From the IMG/VR virus record IMGVR_UViG_3300031758_000036, positions 1-64,000 of that record: a stretch of DNA of 64,000 nucleotides; one strand, written 5' to 3'. The position numbers and the translations under genes were made by a program. The DNA comes from a virus. Within the stretch, counting starts at the first letter, position 1. Each line of letters opens with the position of its first letter. The notes under the pieces are model-generated. The model was not told the origin of the DNA. It made no database searches and saw only the letters and a program-made list of their open reading frames with translations. Of the stretch, positions 38,223-47,918 are shown piece after piece.

Positions 38223-39139
38223 TGCTTAATCTATTCAACATCCCAAAACCGCAAAACGGTTTTGTTAGCGTATTTCCTGGTTTTGCAAACCCCAACCTTC
38301 AGTTTATTGCCTGGGAAAAGCCCGCTGGCATAGGCACGATCCGCATCATTTGTATTGGTGGAGGTGGAGGTGGCGGTGGCGGTTTTCCAGCGGCTACAGG
38401 AAACCGTGGCGGCGGTGGCGGTGGCGGTTGTGGTGGATTTACAACAGTAGAAATCCCTGCGGCTTTTTTGCCTGATGTCCTGTACGTTATGGCGGGTATT
38501 GGTGGCAACGGCGGCGCTTCTTCTACTACGGTTGGGACAGTAGGAACCAATGGCGTTGTGTCTACGGTTGCAACCTCACCAATGAATGGGGCAATTGTCT
38601 GCAGTGCTAATCCAGGGACTGGTGCTACACCAGCGGCCACAGCAACAACTGTTGGAGGTGCAGGAAGTTCCGCCTCTGTGACCAGTCTCTTTACCTGTAG
38701 GCTTGCTGGATTGGGAACTATCTTTACTTACGGTGGGCAAAATGGCGGCGCAGGCGGCGCAGTTGCTGGTGGAGCTGGTGGCACAATCGCTTACCCCACA
38801 ACTGGATTGTGGTTGTCCGCTGGCGCAGGCGGCGGCGGCGGCGCAGGCGGCGCAGGTGGTAATATCACAAACCCCGGTTTTAACCTTTTTACAACTTTGT
38901 CAGGAGGAGCCGGCGGCGCAACTCCGGGCAACGGCTCTCCAGGAGTTGAATTGCAAACTCCGCTGATCGCCAGCGGCGGATCAGGCGGCGGTGCCAACAG
39001 CGGCAACGGTCGCGGCGGCGATGGTGGCAACGGCGGCTTCGGCTCTGGTGGCGGAGGTGGCGGTGCAGGTGGCACCACAGGCGGTGGTGGTGCCGGCGGT
39101 AACGGCGGCCCCGGCCTGGTGCTGATCTACTCCTGGTAG
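38222..39139 (+). CDS. Glycine-rich fibre-associated protein
   Basis: W.KPAG....IICIGGGGGGG...GGNGGPGLVLIYSW. Confidence 0.8.
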   Translation: MLNLFNIPKPQNGFVSVFPGFANPNLQFIAWEKPAGIGTIRIICIGGGGGGGGGFPAATGNRGGGGGGGCGGFTTVEIPAAFLPDVLYVMAGIGGNGGASSTTVGTVGTNGVVSTVATSPMNGAIVCSANPGTGATPAATATTVGGAGSSASVTSLFTCRLAGLGTIFTYGGQNGGAGGAVAGGAGGTIAYPTTGLWLSAGAGGGGGAGGAGGNITNPGFNLFTTLSGGAGGATPGNGSPGVELQTPLIASGGSGGGANSGNGRGGDGGNGGFGSGGGGGGAGGTTGGGGAGGNGGPGLVLIYSW

Positions 39140-39192
39140 CACAGATCTAATGTACTCATGATCATATTCATGCCCATCAACAGGCATGTCTG

Positions 39193-40830
39193 ATGACCGC
39201 TATACTGCAAATAGACTCAAGCCCATACATGCGCCTGCATCTGGTCGGCATATTCCATACGCAGCACAAGGCGTCGTTTAGCCACTGCGCATTCACCGGG
39301 AAGGCATTACGCTTTCCAAAGATGATGCAGAAGTATGGATATCATATTATTGAATACAGCAACGAAGGATCCGAAAGCACGGCAGATGAGAAGGTCGTAA
39401 TTCTGGATAATGCCCAATTCGAGAATCTGTATGGATCTCGCAAGAAGTCCGATTTCTTTGGTGATAATGCAACAATCGGCAGCGATGGTCACAGGCTGTT
39501 TGAAGAGAAGCTAGTGGTTGAGATGCAGAAACGCATCCAGCCCGGTGACATCGTGTGCCATCCTTTTGGTCACGCTCACCAAATCCTGATGTCCGTATTC
39601 AGTAATAATCGCCATGTCGAGACGGGCATTGGTTATCCGACATTGATGCCTGACAGTTTCAGGATATTTGAAAGCTATGCCTGGATGCACTACCACCAGG
39701 GTAAAGAAGGCCGGAATGGACGTAACTATGAATGGGTAGTACCAAATTATTATGACCTGGATGATTGGAAGCCGAAATACAAGCATGGCGAGTATCTGGC
39801 GTTCCTGGGACGGATTACTTCACTGAAGGGTATTGACACCATCAGGGCAATTGCCGACTACAGTGAATACCCAATCGTCCTGCACGGCCAAGGTGATCCA
39901 TCGCAATGGCAGCATCCGATGATCGAGTATCGGGGGCCAATCAGCGGACGCAAGCGAAGCGAGTTCCTGGGTGGTGCCAGGGCGCTACTTGCTCCTACGG
40001 TGTTCACTGAACCGTTCTGTGGAATGGCAGTGGAGGCAATGCTGTGTGGTACGCCGGTGATTTCTGTCAACTACGGGGCCATGACCGAAACCGTGCAACC
40101 TGGCATGGGCTTCCGTTGTCATACACTACAGGATTGGCTTGATGCTATTGATGATGTTGGAACGCTTAATCGAACATTTATTGCAAAAACAGCCCGCGCT
40201 AAGTATAGCCTAGAGGCTTGCGGTGCTAAATATGACAAGATATTCAAACAACTGAGTGACCTGGATAAGCGGGGCTGGTACGAAGTTGATCGAATTAACT
40301 TCTATCAGATCGAGGCTGAAGAAGGTCCATTTGCTAAGCGATTGGCGGAATGGATCGATTCGATGTACGAACCAATGGAAGTCCTGGATGTTGGCTGCGG
40401 TCCTGGTATCTATGTTGACGCATTGGTGGAACAAGGTATTGCCGCTGTTGGTATTGACATTGATCCCAGGATTAAAAACAAAGATTATATCGTTCAAGAG
40501 TCATTATTTGATACCAAACGCAGTTCCGAGCTGGTGCTTTGTCTGGAGGTGGCGGAACACATTGATCCGAAGTTATCTGATGATATCGTATCCAGTATTG
40601 TCGGTACCATTAGACCTGGTGGAACTTTGATCTGGTCAGCGGCACATCCAGGACAAGGTGGCATTGGTCATATCAATTGTCAGCCAAAAGAATACTGGGA
40701 AGACCTGTTCTTGTCCAGTGGGCTTGTTCGAAATCTGACGGAAGAAGAAGTAATGGTCAATCACATTAAATCCGGTTACCACATGGGATGGTTTATTCAA
40801 AATGGTATGATCTTCACAAAGCCAAAGTAG
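39193..40830 (+). CDS. GT-B (GT4-like) glycosyltransferase fused to a class I SAM methyltransferase
   Basis: FLGRITSLKG, EPFCGMAVEAMLCGTPVI; VLDVGCGPG, LCLEVAEH, HINCQ. Confidence 0.9.
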   Translation: MTAILQIDSSPYMRLHLVGIFHTQHKASFSHCAFTGKALRFPKMMQKYGYHIIEYSNEGSESTADEKVVILDNAQFENLYGSRKKSDFFGDNATIGSDGHRLFEEKLVVEMQKRIQPGDIVCHPFGHAHQILMSVFSNNRHVETGIGYPTLMPDSFRIFESYAWMHYHQGKEGRNGRNYEWVVPNYYDLDDWKPKYKHGEYLAFLGRITSLKGIDTIRAIADYSEYPIVLHGQGDPSQWQHPMIEYRGPISGRKRSEFLGGARALLAPTVFTEPFCGMAVEAMLCGTPVISVNYGAMTETVQPGMGFRCHTLQDWLDAIDDVGTLNRTFIAKTARAKYSLEACGAKYDKIFKQLSDLDKRGWYEVDRINFYQIEAEEGPFAKRLAEWIDSMYEPMEVLDVGCGPGIYVDALVEQGIAAVGIDIDPRIKNKDYIVQESLFDTKRSSELVLCLEVAEHIDPKLSDDIVSSIVGTIRPGGTLIWSAAHPGQGGIGHINCQPKEYWEDLFLSSGLVRNLTEEEVMVNHIKSGYHMGWFIQNGMIFTKPK

Positions 40831-40907
40831 CCAATTGGCAAACTAGGTCTAACTGATGGCGCCTTTTGGGTAACGCGCTACCTTGGACTTTGGTATAAGC
40901 GATCCAG

Positions 40908-41180
40908 ATGCCCGATCCAGCTCCGATTGTTAACAGCACAGTGCTAGAAGTAGTACTGAATGTTACATCGGCAGGAAATGTTAATGTAAGTACTGTCGTA
41001 CAACAGGCGGCATCAAGTGTCGTAACCGCTGGCGATATAGATATCATTGAATTACAACCCGAATCAGTAACAGAAACTTTGGCAGTTGATGGGGCTAATC
41101 CACAGGGTAGTCCTGCGACATTGGTAACAATGTCTGTACAATCCAATGTACTGACGCTGGTGCCTACACAGTTGGTGTAA
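40908..41180 (+). CDS. Small protein, partial paralog of the N-terminus of 41601..43949
   Basis: TVVQQ...GDIDIIELQ versus TVIQQ...GDAQIIELQ. Confidence 0.55.
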   Translation: MPDPAPIVNSTVLEVVLNVTSAGNVNVSTVVQQAASSVVTAGDIDIIELQPESVTETLAVDGANPQGSPATLVTMSVQSNVLTLVPTQLV

Positions 41181-41284
41181 GACTTTTGACAGCACTGTGA
41201 TAACTGCAGTCATCAGCAATCACGTTCATTTGAGCATATACGATAATAGTCAATTGGCAAACTAGATCTAGCTGATTACATCCG

Positions 41285-41608
41285 TTGGATCCAGCACAAT
41301 TATCTATTACAATCCACCAACGTGCAACGTTCCGCCAGCAATTTACGCTGCCGTTTGATTGTACTGGACATACTGTAATTGCTCAAGTCTGGAAAGAAAA
41401 GCGTCGCAGTTTGCTTTTTCAATTTACCGTTGAATGGGTAGATCAATCTGAAGGTAGCTTTTATTTAGTTGCTGACTACGAAGACACCACAAAGATGACG
41501 AAAGATGGTGTGTGGGACCTGATGGTTGTGTATCCAAATACTGAAAGATTTTATTGGGTAGAAGGCGCTGCTGTTATTGATTTTGGCATAAGCGATCCAG
41601 ATGCCTAA
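41285..41608 (+). CDS. Baseplate/fibre adaptor-like small structural protein
   Basis: ITIHQRATF...AQV...GVWDL......YWVEG. Confidence 0.7.
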   Translation: MDPAQLSITIHQRATFRQQFTLPFDCTGHTVIAQVWKEKRRSLLFQFTVEWVDQSEGSFYLVADYEDTTKMTKDGVWDLMVVYPNTERFYWVEGAAVIDFGISDPDA

Positions 41609-43949
41609 TCCTGTTATTAATACAGTAATACAGCAGGTATCTTTCACCGCTACGCCGATCGGCGATGCGCAGATTATTGAATTACAGGCTTCTCCTGATA
41701 CGGAAGTTGTAACAGTTGGCGTAGTTGGACCCCAGGGACCTCCGGGAGTCACTGGACCGGCTGGTGTGACGGGAGCATCGGGCCCAGTCGGGGCAACAGG
41801 CGCTGCGGGCCCTCAAGGGGATCCGGGTGGGGCTACTGGCGCTACTGGAATTACTGGAGCTACTGGAGCTACTGGGGCCGCTGGGCCTGGTGGAGAACAG
41901 GGAGCGACTGGTTCCTCCGGTCAGATGGGGGCCACGGGGCTGACTGGAGCAACTGGTGCAATTGGCATTACTGGAGCGACTGGAATAATTGGTCAAACCG
42001 GTGTCACTGGTGCTACAGGCGCCGGCGGGGCAACTGGCCCAATCGGGGCAACGGGGGCGGGAACTCCCGGAGCAGATGGGGCAACGGGAGCTATCGGCGT
42101 GACTGGCCCTACTGGACCGACTGGTTTAGCGGGTTCTCAGGGTGCAACTGGTTCTTCTGGTGTTAACGGCGCCACTGGCGCTACTGGCATTGGTACTACT
42201 GGCGCAACAGGGGCCAGTGGGATCGCCGGGGGTACCGGTTCGACTGGTGCAACTGGGATCATTGGCACAACGGGCGCAACAGGCGCAACTGGTGTTGGTG
42301 TTACTGGTGCAACCGGTGCCACAGGCGCGGCGGGTACGGCTGGAGCAGCCGGGGAGACTGGTGCGACTGGGGTCGGAACAACTGGTGCCACTGGTGCAAC
42401 AGGGGCGGCCGGTACCGCAGGAGAGACGGGGGCGACGGGTGTCGGAGTAACTGGTGCTACCGGTGCTACTGGGGGAACTGGTGCCACTGGTACCACAGGG
42501 GTCACAGGGGCAACTGGTGCCGATGGTGCTACGGGCGCTGGCTCCACAGGCGCGACAGGCGCAATTGGAGCAACTGGCCCTGTTGGGGCAACTGGTGCTG
42601 GTGTTACTGGTGCTACTGGTGTACAGGGCTCAACGGGAGATATTGGCGCTACAGGACTAACCGGAGCAACGGGTACTGCTGGGGTAACTGGTGCTACTGG
42701 TGTTGCAGGGATTGACGGTGCTACTGGTGCGATCGGAGCAACTGGTGTTACTGGCTCTGTTGGCGTCACAGGGGCGACTGGTGTTGGCGCGGCTGGACCC
42801 ACCGGTGCTACTGGCGCGGTGGGCGAAGTGGGAGCCACCGGGGCCGGCGTAAGCGGAGCTACGGGTGCGACAGGTCCCGCTGGTCTGCCTGGTCCCAATG
42901 TTGCTGCTTATAAAAATGCAACTCAAGCCATTGGCACCACTGCTTCGCTGGTTGAATTTCAAGCAGAAAGATACGATACCGATAGTGTTTTCCTGAATAG
43001 CAGATTTACGCCGAACACTTCGGGCTATTATTTGATAACGACAACGCTGCGATATAGCGCAACAACAGGACACGCGCTGCGTTTAATGTTGTACAAGAAT
43101 GATGCTTTTCTGTACTACATTGGCGGGAGCGCTTACAGCTCTAGTAGTGCTAACTTAATTGCAATCGGCTCTGCCAGTATCTATTTAAACGGCGCGGGTG
43201 ACTATATTGAGATATGGGCTGAAACATCTACGGGCACTGTTACGTTGTTGCATGCAACGGCGGACCTTAGCAATCTTCAGATAACAGCAAACGCTGGCCC
43301 AGTTGGTTCCACTGGCGCCAGTGGTGCAAACGGATCACTGGGTGCAACTGGAGCAACAGGCGCGGGAGTCACCGGTGCTACTGGTGCAAGTGGTGGGCCT
43401 GGAGCGACGGGAGTTGATGGTGCAACAGGTGCAACAGGTGCTGGAGTAACTGGAGCAACGGGTGTCGCTGGACCCACTGGAGTACAGGGCTCAACTGGCG
43501 CCACCGGTGCTGGTGCGACTGGTGCAACCGGTCCAATAGGCGCTACTGGCCCTGCTGGCGGTGGGGGATCTGCTGTTGCTCGCCTGCAAGAAACACAAAC
43601 AGCGTCTTCACTTGCCAGTGGATCATCTGCTGATTTGTTATTTATTGCTTTAAATAAAATTGGCACGTTTGTTTCAGTAACAGTGTCAAACCCCGCATGG
43701 GTACGATTCTACTGCACTTCTTCCAGCAGGACAAGTGATGCTTCTAGATTAGTTGGAGTAGATCCCACTCCAGGATCTGGTGTATTACTGGAAGTGCTGA
43801 CGACCAGTGTCGATCAGGTCGTCAATATTACCCCAGCAACTGAGTATTATAATGGTGACTCTCCACTTGATAGCAAAGTATATGTTGCAGTGAAAAACCT
43901 AGGGGGCGCTACTGCTAGTATTTCTGTTACAGTAACGGCTATCGCTTGA
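41601..43949 (+). CDS. Collagen-like fibre protein with an internal C1q-like domain
   Basis: (GAT)n runs; [13 protein letters not shown]...[13 protein letters not shown]. Confidence 0.85.
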   Translation: MPNPVINTVIQQVSFTATPIGDAQIIELQASPDTEVVTVGVVGPQGPPGVTGPAGVTGASGPVGATGAAGPQGDPGGATGATGITGATGATGAAGPGGEQGATGSSGQMGATGLTGATGAIGITGATGIIGQTGVTGATGAGGATGPIGATGAGTPGADGATGAIGVTGPTGPTGLAGSQGATGSSGVNGATGATGIGTTGATGASGIAGGTGSTGATGIIGTTGATGATGVGVTGATGATGAAGTAGAAGETGATGVGTTGATGATGAAGTAGETGATGVGVTGATGATGGTGATGTTGVTGATGADGATGAGSTGATGAIGATGPVGATGAGVTGATGVQGSTGDIGATGLTGATGTAGVTGATGVAGIDGATGAIGATGVTGSVGVTGATGVGAAGPTGATGAVGEVGATGAGVSGATGATGPAGLPGPNVAAYKNATQAIGTTASLVEFQAERYDTDSVFLNSRFTPNTSGYYLITTTLRYSATTGHALRLMLYKNDAFLYYIGGSAYSSSSANLIAIGSASIYLNGAGDYIEIWAETSTGTVTLLHATADLSNLQITANAGPVGSTGASGANGSLGATGATGAGVTGATGASGGPGATGVDGATGATGAGVTGATGVAGPTGVQGSTGATGAGATGATGPIGATGPAGGGGSAVARLQETQTASSLASGSSADLLFIALNKIGTFVSVTVSNPAWVRFYCTSSSRTSDASRLVGVDPTPGSGVLLEVLTTSVDQVVNITPATEYYNGDSPLDSKVYVAVKNLGGATASISVTVTAIA

Positions 43950-43994
43950 TGGCTTTTCGTTTCCAGGAAAACTATTAACGACTTAGTCGACAAG

Positions 43995-44828
43995 ATGGCA
44001 TACACTTTATATTATTCATACGGACCAGCCGTTGCCAGTATCAATAATCTTTGGGCTGTACAGGATTATCATTTTGGCACGTTTCTGCCTACGCGTGGCT
44101 GGGATGTGTATACGCAAACCGGGGTTCTGTACGGTCAAGTTGACGCAAATTATTACTGGTATCACAAAGATTTTGCGACCCTTACGGGTGATACAATATC
44201 TGAACATACATTGTGGCAGTTCTCAAAAGGTTCTAACAATGATGGGCTTATGTTTGACACTTCAAACAGCATACCCAATTATACCACTGGGCCTGTTCAA
44301 GCTAATTGGGATGGCAGGAAACAATTTTATGCTGATACCAACTGGACTGGAGCCACCACCAGTGCTCAATGGTGGGTCAATACCGATGGTTCCTGGTTTG
44401 TTATAAGCAATGGAAAACTCTGGGCCTTCGAAATGCCACCGGGTGGTTATGTCAACAGAGCAACCATGACGTTGGCCTCTACCTTGAGTGGTCCAACTAG
44501 GATGGTTTGGTTCCCAGATGGCGGTTATGCATATCTGACAACAACTACCGGTCAGCAATCTAGTATTGTGAGCGGTCTAGTCAAAACGGGTACGATTCTC
44601 ACCAGGGCTAGTGATCTTGTCGCACTTGCCGATGCAACCGGTGGTCTTCTTTACTGGATTGGAAGTCCTGCTGATATATTACAAAAATGGCACAGCGGCA
44701 CTAATCTTTTAATGAGTACCGCAGTTACTGTAACACAAATTGGCAGTAATTTTTATTTTGATACTGGTGGATCAAGCGAATATGGCCTTCTGTTTAATGT
44801 AGGAACAACGGAACCTAGCATTCCTTGA
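43995..44828 (+). CDS. Hypothetical structural protein
   Basis: 277 aa, aromatic/Thr-rich, with the late motif upstream. Confidence 0.6.
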   Translation: MAYTLYYSYGPAVASINNLWAVQDYHFGTFLPTRGWDVYTQTGVLYGQVDANYYWYHKDFATLTGDTISEHTLWQFSKGSNNDGLMFDTSNSIPNYTTGPVQANWDGRKQFYADTNWTGATTSAQWWVNTDGSWFVISNGKLWAFEMPPGGYVNRATMTLASTLSGPTRMVWFPDGGYAYLTTTTGQQSSIVSGLVKTGTILTRASDLVALADATGGLLYWIGSPADILQKWHSGTNLLMSTAVTVTQIGSNFYFDTGGSSEYGLLFNVGTTEPSIP

Positions 44829-44829
44829 C

Positions 44830-45021
44830 ATGCCTAGTTTGACTATTCCCACCGGCAGCGTAGACACCAACCTCGGTGGCGATTTTGATCTCAGTATTAA
44901 CTATAGACTTGAAATTACATACGCCTATCTTCCTATAATAGATGATATTGTTGGCGTATCCGGGAAGAAATTATCAACAAGGCCAGCTAGCGGTATGCTA
45001 TATCCACGAAAAGTGGCTTAA
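44830..45021 (+). CDS. Small hypothetical protein
   Basis: 63-aa ORF ending RPASGMLYPR. Confidence 0.55.
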   Translation: MPSLTIPTGSVDTNLGGDFDLSINYRLEITYAYLPIIDDIVGVSGKKLSTRPASGMLYPRKVA

Positions 45022-45092
45022 GTTATAGGAAGCATAGTTACAGAATCGCGCCACTACTCTACGGGGCGGATTCGTTCACCAGGAGAATTCTA

Positions 45093-45452
45093 ATGGCTCA
45101 ACGTTCTGAAGGCGTATTCCCTAGGGAAAAGTTTGACCTTGATGATGCAATGGAAGTGCAGTGGGATAATACGACCACTTCGCCTGTTCCCCTTAATAGC
45201 GTGAACACCTGGAGGATCATTGTTCTGGGTGCTACGGGCCTCGGTACGGGTGGTGAGGGCGGCTACGTCCGCGTCAGCACTGGCGGCGAACTGACTGATT
45301 TCTACGCCGAGGATATTGATCCCAATGGTGTTGGCATTGCCCATTTCCGTGGTTCCAGCATCCAGGAAGGCCAAAACGGCACCTGGTTTGATTACTACAA
45401 CGGTGCAAGTGCTGATGCTGTTTACCTGGATGCCGTCGACAACGTCGGCTAA
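45093..45452 (+). CDS. Putative capsid decoration protein, paralog 1
   Basis: GVFPREKFDLDDAMEV...DAVDNVG; AGGAG RBS. Confidence 0.6.
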   Translation: MAQRSEGVFPREKFDLDDAMEVQWDNTTTSPVPLNSVNTWRIIVLGATGLGTGGEGGYVRVSTGGELTDFYAEDIDPNGVGIAHFRGSSIQEGQNGTWFDYYNGASADAVYLDAVDNVG

Positions 45453-45531
45453 ATAGGTAATCTATTTCAGGAATCGCGCCACTACTCTACGGGGCGGATT
45501 CTGTTAACCCTAGCCAATTTGGAGAATTACA

Positions 45532-45882
45532 ATGGCTGCTCGTTCTACTGGTGTATTTCCTCGCGAGAAGTTTGACCTTGATGATGCAATGGAGGTCACC
45601 GCTACTGCCTCTGCTGCACCCATTAGCCTGAAGACCATCGGCACTATTCGCGTGGTTGTGCTTGGCGCTGGTGGTATTGACAACGCTGGCACCAACAAGA
45701 TCACCGTCAATGTTGGCGGCAAATCTGTGGTGTTCAATGCAAACGATCTGGATGTCAATGGCGTGGGCATTGCCCACCTCCGTGGCACCCTTTGTGACGC
45801 CAACAACAACGTTGATTACGACCTGGGCGGCACTGCTACCCTGGACGCTTGCTACATCGACGCGGTTGACAACGTCGGCTGA
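45532..45882 (+). CDS. Putative capsid decoration protein, paralog 2
   Basis: Same termini as paralog 1; C-rich codon usage; terminator downstream. Confidence 0.6.
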   Translation: MAARSTGVFPREKFDLDDAMEVTATASAAPISLKTIGTIRVVVLGAGGIDNAGTNKITVNVGGKSVVFNANDLDVNGVGIAHLRGTLCDANNNVDYDLGGTATLDACYIDAVDNVG

Positions 45883-45904
45883 GTTAATCGCTTGGAATAA
45901 TAAG

Positions 45905-45928
45905 GGGTGACTTCAGTCGCCCTTTTTT
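45905..45928 (+). terminator. Rho-independent terminator
   Basis: GGGTGAC-TTCA-GTCGCCC-TTTTT. Confidence 0.8.
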
Positions 45929-45931
45929 ATT

Positions 45932-46285
45932 ATGTATATTCAGGACGCCCCGGTTTATTTCACGAAAGGTGATAAGCGTAAACCCGTATACCATAGTGTC
46001 CTAGCACGTGAGCTGCTGGCTGCTGGTTGGCAGCAGGAGGGTGTAACTCCCGCACCGGAGCCCGTGGCTGTCGAACCTGTGGAGGCCGCCCCAGAAGCAG
46101 AACAGCCCTCGCAGTCAGAAGAGGAGACTGATCCCGAACCGGAACCCGAGGTGGCTGTTGTCGATTTGGACAGCATGACGAAGAATCAACTGGTTGCTTT
46201 TGCAGAAGCAAGCAACATTGAATTCAAGTCAACTGTGACAAAGTCTGAACTGCTTCAACTCTGCAAGGACTCTGTAAATGATTGA
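45932..46285 (+). CDS. Protein with a C-terminal HeH/LEM (Rho-N-like) motif
   Basis: LDSMTKNQLVAFA....I......TKSELL after a Pro/Glu linker. Confidence 0.7.
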   Translation: MYIQDAPVYFTKGDKRKPVYHSVLARELLAAGWQQEGVTPAPEPVAVEPVEAAPEAEQPSQSEEETDPEPEPEVAVVDLDSMTKNQLVAFAEASNIEFKSTVTKSELLQLCKDSVND

Positions 46286-46463
46286 ATTCACTTACAGTGA
46301 AGGCCCACGAATCCTGGAAGACGGCACAAATCTGGACAAAGATATTATTGCTGCTCATCCGCGAATCCAACGTCGCAGCATTACTGATCCTGTCAGTGAC
46401 GGCAGCCTGGGCCCTCCTGGGTACCAACCAGGACAGAAAAACCTTGATGGAACTGACCTCTAG
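46278..46463 (+). CDS. Small hypothetical protein
   Basis: 61-aa ORF overlapping the previous stop. Confidence 0.55.
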   Translation: MIEFTYSEGPRILEDGTNLDKDIIAAHPRIQRRSITDPVSDGSLGPPGYQPGQKNLDGTDL

Positions 46464-46505
46464 GTTAAGCAAAGTTCAGGAATCCTAGATAAACGAATTA
46501 TCATC

Positions 46506-46601
46506 ATGGCGCTGCCGCTTATTATTGCGAAGCAAATGGGTGGCAAGAAACCCGCCAAGAAGGGTGGTAAGTCGAAACCAAAAGGATCCGGTAAACGCTG
46601 A
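46506..46601 (+). CDS. Very small Lys/Gly-rich peptide (not in ORF track)
   Basis: MALPLIIAKQMGGKKPAKKGGKSKPKGSGKR*; stop overlaps the next ATG. Confidence 0.5.
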   Translation: MALPLIIAKQMGGKKPAKKGGKSKPKGSGKR

Positions 46602-46897
46602 TGGCAGCCAAGAAGCGCAGTACTGCTGAATTCTATGCCAACAATCCAGAGGCATATAAAAAGAAATTAGCTTACGACAAGAAGCGTAATGCAAAGCCTG
46701 ATCGCAAAGATTACCGCGCTGAGTTAGCACGTGAGCGCAGGGCCCGTGGCATCATGGGCAAAGGTGGCCCCGACGTAAGTCACACAGCAGACGGTAAATT
46801 TAAGCTAGAAAATCCTAAAGCTAATCGTGCCAGGAATGGGCATGGCGACAACAAGCGCCTTGCCCCCGGCAAAGGTACTAAAAAGTCAAAACGCTAA
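46601..46897 (+). CDS. Basic protein with a degenerate HNH-like motif
   Basis: GGPDVSH...ENPKANRARNG. Confidence 0.65.
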   Translation: MAAKKRSTAEFYANNPEAYKKKLAYDKKRNAKPDRKDYRAELARERRARGIMGKGGPDVSHTADGKFKLENPKANRARNGHGDNKRLAPGKGTKKSKR

Positions 46898-46904
46898 AAT
46901 CATC

Positions 46905-47069
46905 ATGGCAAAACGTCCAGGATTGTACGAAAACATTCGTCGCAAACGTGAGCGAATCGAAGATGGTAGCGAGGAGCGCATGCGTAAGCCTGGCGCCAAA
47001 GGTGCCCCAAGTGCTGCTGATTTCCGCAATGCCGCAAAGACAGCAAAAAAGAAGAAAAAAATAAACTGA
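46905..47069 (+). CDS. Small basic phage protein
   Basis: MAKRPGLYENIRRKRERI...MRKPGAKGAP..ADF. Confidence 0.7.
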   Translation: MAKRPGLYENIRRKRERIEDGSEERMRKPGAKGAPSAADFRNAAKTAKKKKKIN

Positions 47070-47130
47070 CATATTTGCTATTTGGAAACAGCAAATAACA
47101 GGCACACTATACCAGAGTTGTGCATGACAG

Positions 47131-47319
47131 ATGACTGCTATTGTCGCATACATTATTGCAAATGGTCCCGAAATTCTCGGTGTGTTATTTGCCATTCACG
47201 CAGCAGCACTTGCTTTCGTCAACCTGACGCCTACGCCGAAAGATAACGAAGTTGTCGCAAAGTATTACCGGGTGCTTGAAATCCTGGCTGGTATCGTAAC
47301 TAAATTCTCAAAGGACTGA
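47131..47319 (+). CDS. Putative holin
   Basis: Hydrophobic helix plus NLTPTPKDN, near the endolysin. Confidence 0.6.
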   Translation: MTAIVAYIIANGPEILGVLFAIHAAALAFVNLTPTPKDNEVVAKYYRVLEILAGIVTKFSKD

Positions 47320-47342
47320 ATACATCGGATACACGTTTACTA

Positions 47343-47612
47343 TTGCGTTTTTCTACGCGTAGCGAACGGGAAGAAGTTGAGCGTTTAATCGCAAGGGCTA
47401 AGTTTTATAGAACCCTGAGCCAACGGATGGCCTTGGAGATCGCCAGGGTTAAGGCTGAAATGGAGAAGGCTGATCCGCCAGCACAGCCAACGATAATTGA
47501 TCATCCAATAGATGACACCTTACAGACGGGTGACTCCAGGCTTCTTGGTGGAGGCATGAGTATACATGCTCCATATAGGAAAACTGAAAACATGGCTGAT
47601 CCATGGAAATGA
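47343..47612 (+). CDS. Hypothetical protein
   Basis: 89-aa ORF in the lysis cluster. Confidence 0.5.
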   Translation: MRFSTRSEREEVERLIARAKFYRTLSQRMALEIARVKAEMEKADPPAQPTIIDHPIDDTLQTGDSRLLGGGMSIHAPYRKTENMADPWK

Positions 47613-47899
47613 GCGTTCCGGACTCTTCTGTATCTCATGTAGAGATATATCACAAGCTTGGAACGCTTGAAGGTAAATTAGATGCGCTAATTACACGCAC
47701 TACTGAATACAGGACTGATCTGCAGACTGCTTTTGACCGTTTAGCAGTAATTGAAAATAGATTAGCGTGGGTAATGGGAGCCGCCGTTGTTATCAGTGCC
47801 CTTGTACCTATCATGATTAATGTTATCAGCAGTAGCTTCCACATGAAGATTGAACCGCATCAACAGGAAAGCAATATTGAATCAACTAGAAACATTTAA
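47609..47899 (+). CDS. Coiled-coil plus transmembrane lysis-associated protein
   Basis: LGTLEGKLD...RL..IE followed by a hydrophobic segment. Confidence 0.6.
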   Translation: MSVPDSSVSHVEIYHKLGTLEGKLDALITRTTEYRTDLQTAFDRLAVIENRLAWVMGAAVVISALVPIMINVISSSFHMKIEPHQQESNIESTRNI

Positions 47900-47918
47900 G
47901 GTACACTAACACGCACGA

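Noticed and set aside
36158-43666. Long minus-strand Pro/Val/Ala ORFs (36158..36781, 37346..37651, 42137..42898, 43277..43666)
   Set aside because: Antisense shadows of collagen Gly-X-Thr repeats
40832-45882. Diversity-generating retroelement to explain the duplications
   Set aside because: No reverse transcriptase recognised and the differences are not adenine-specific
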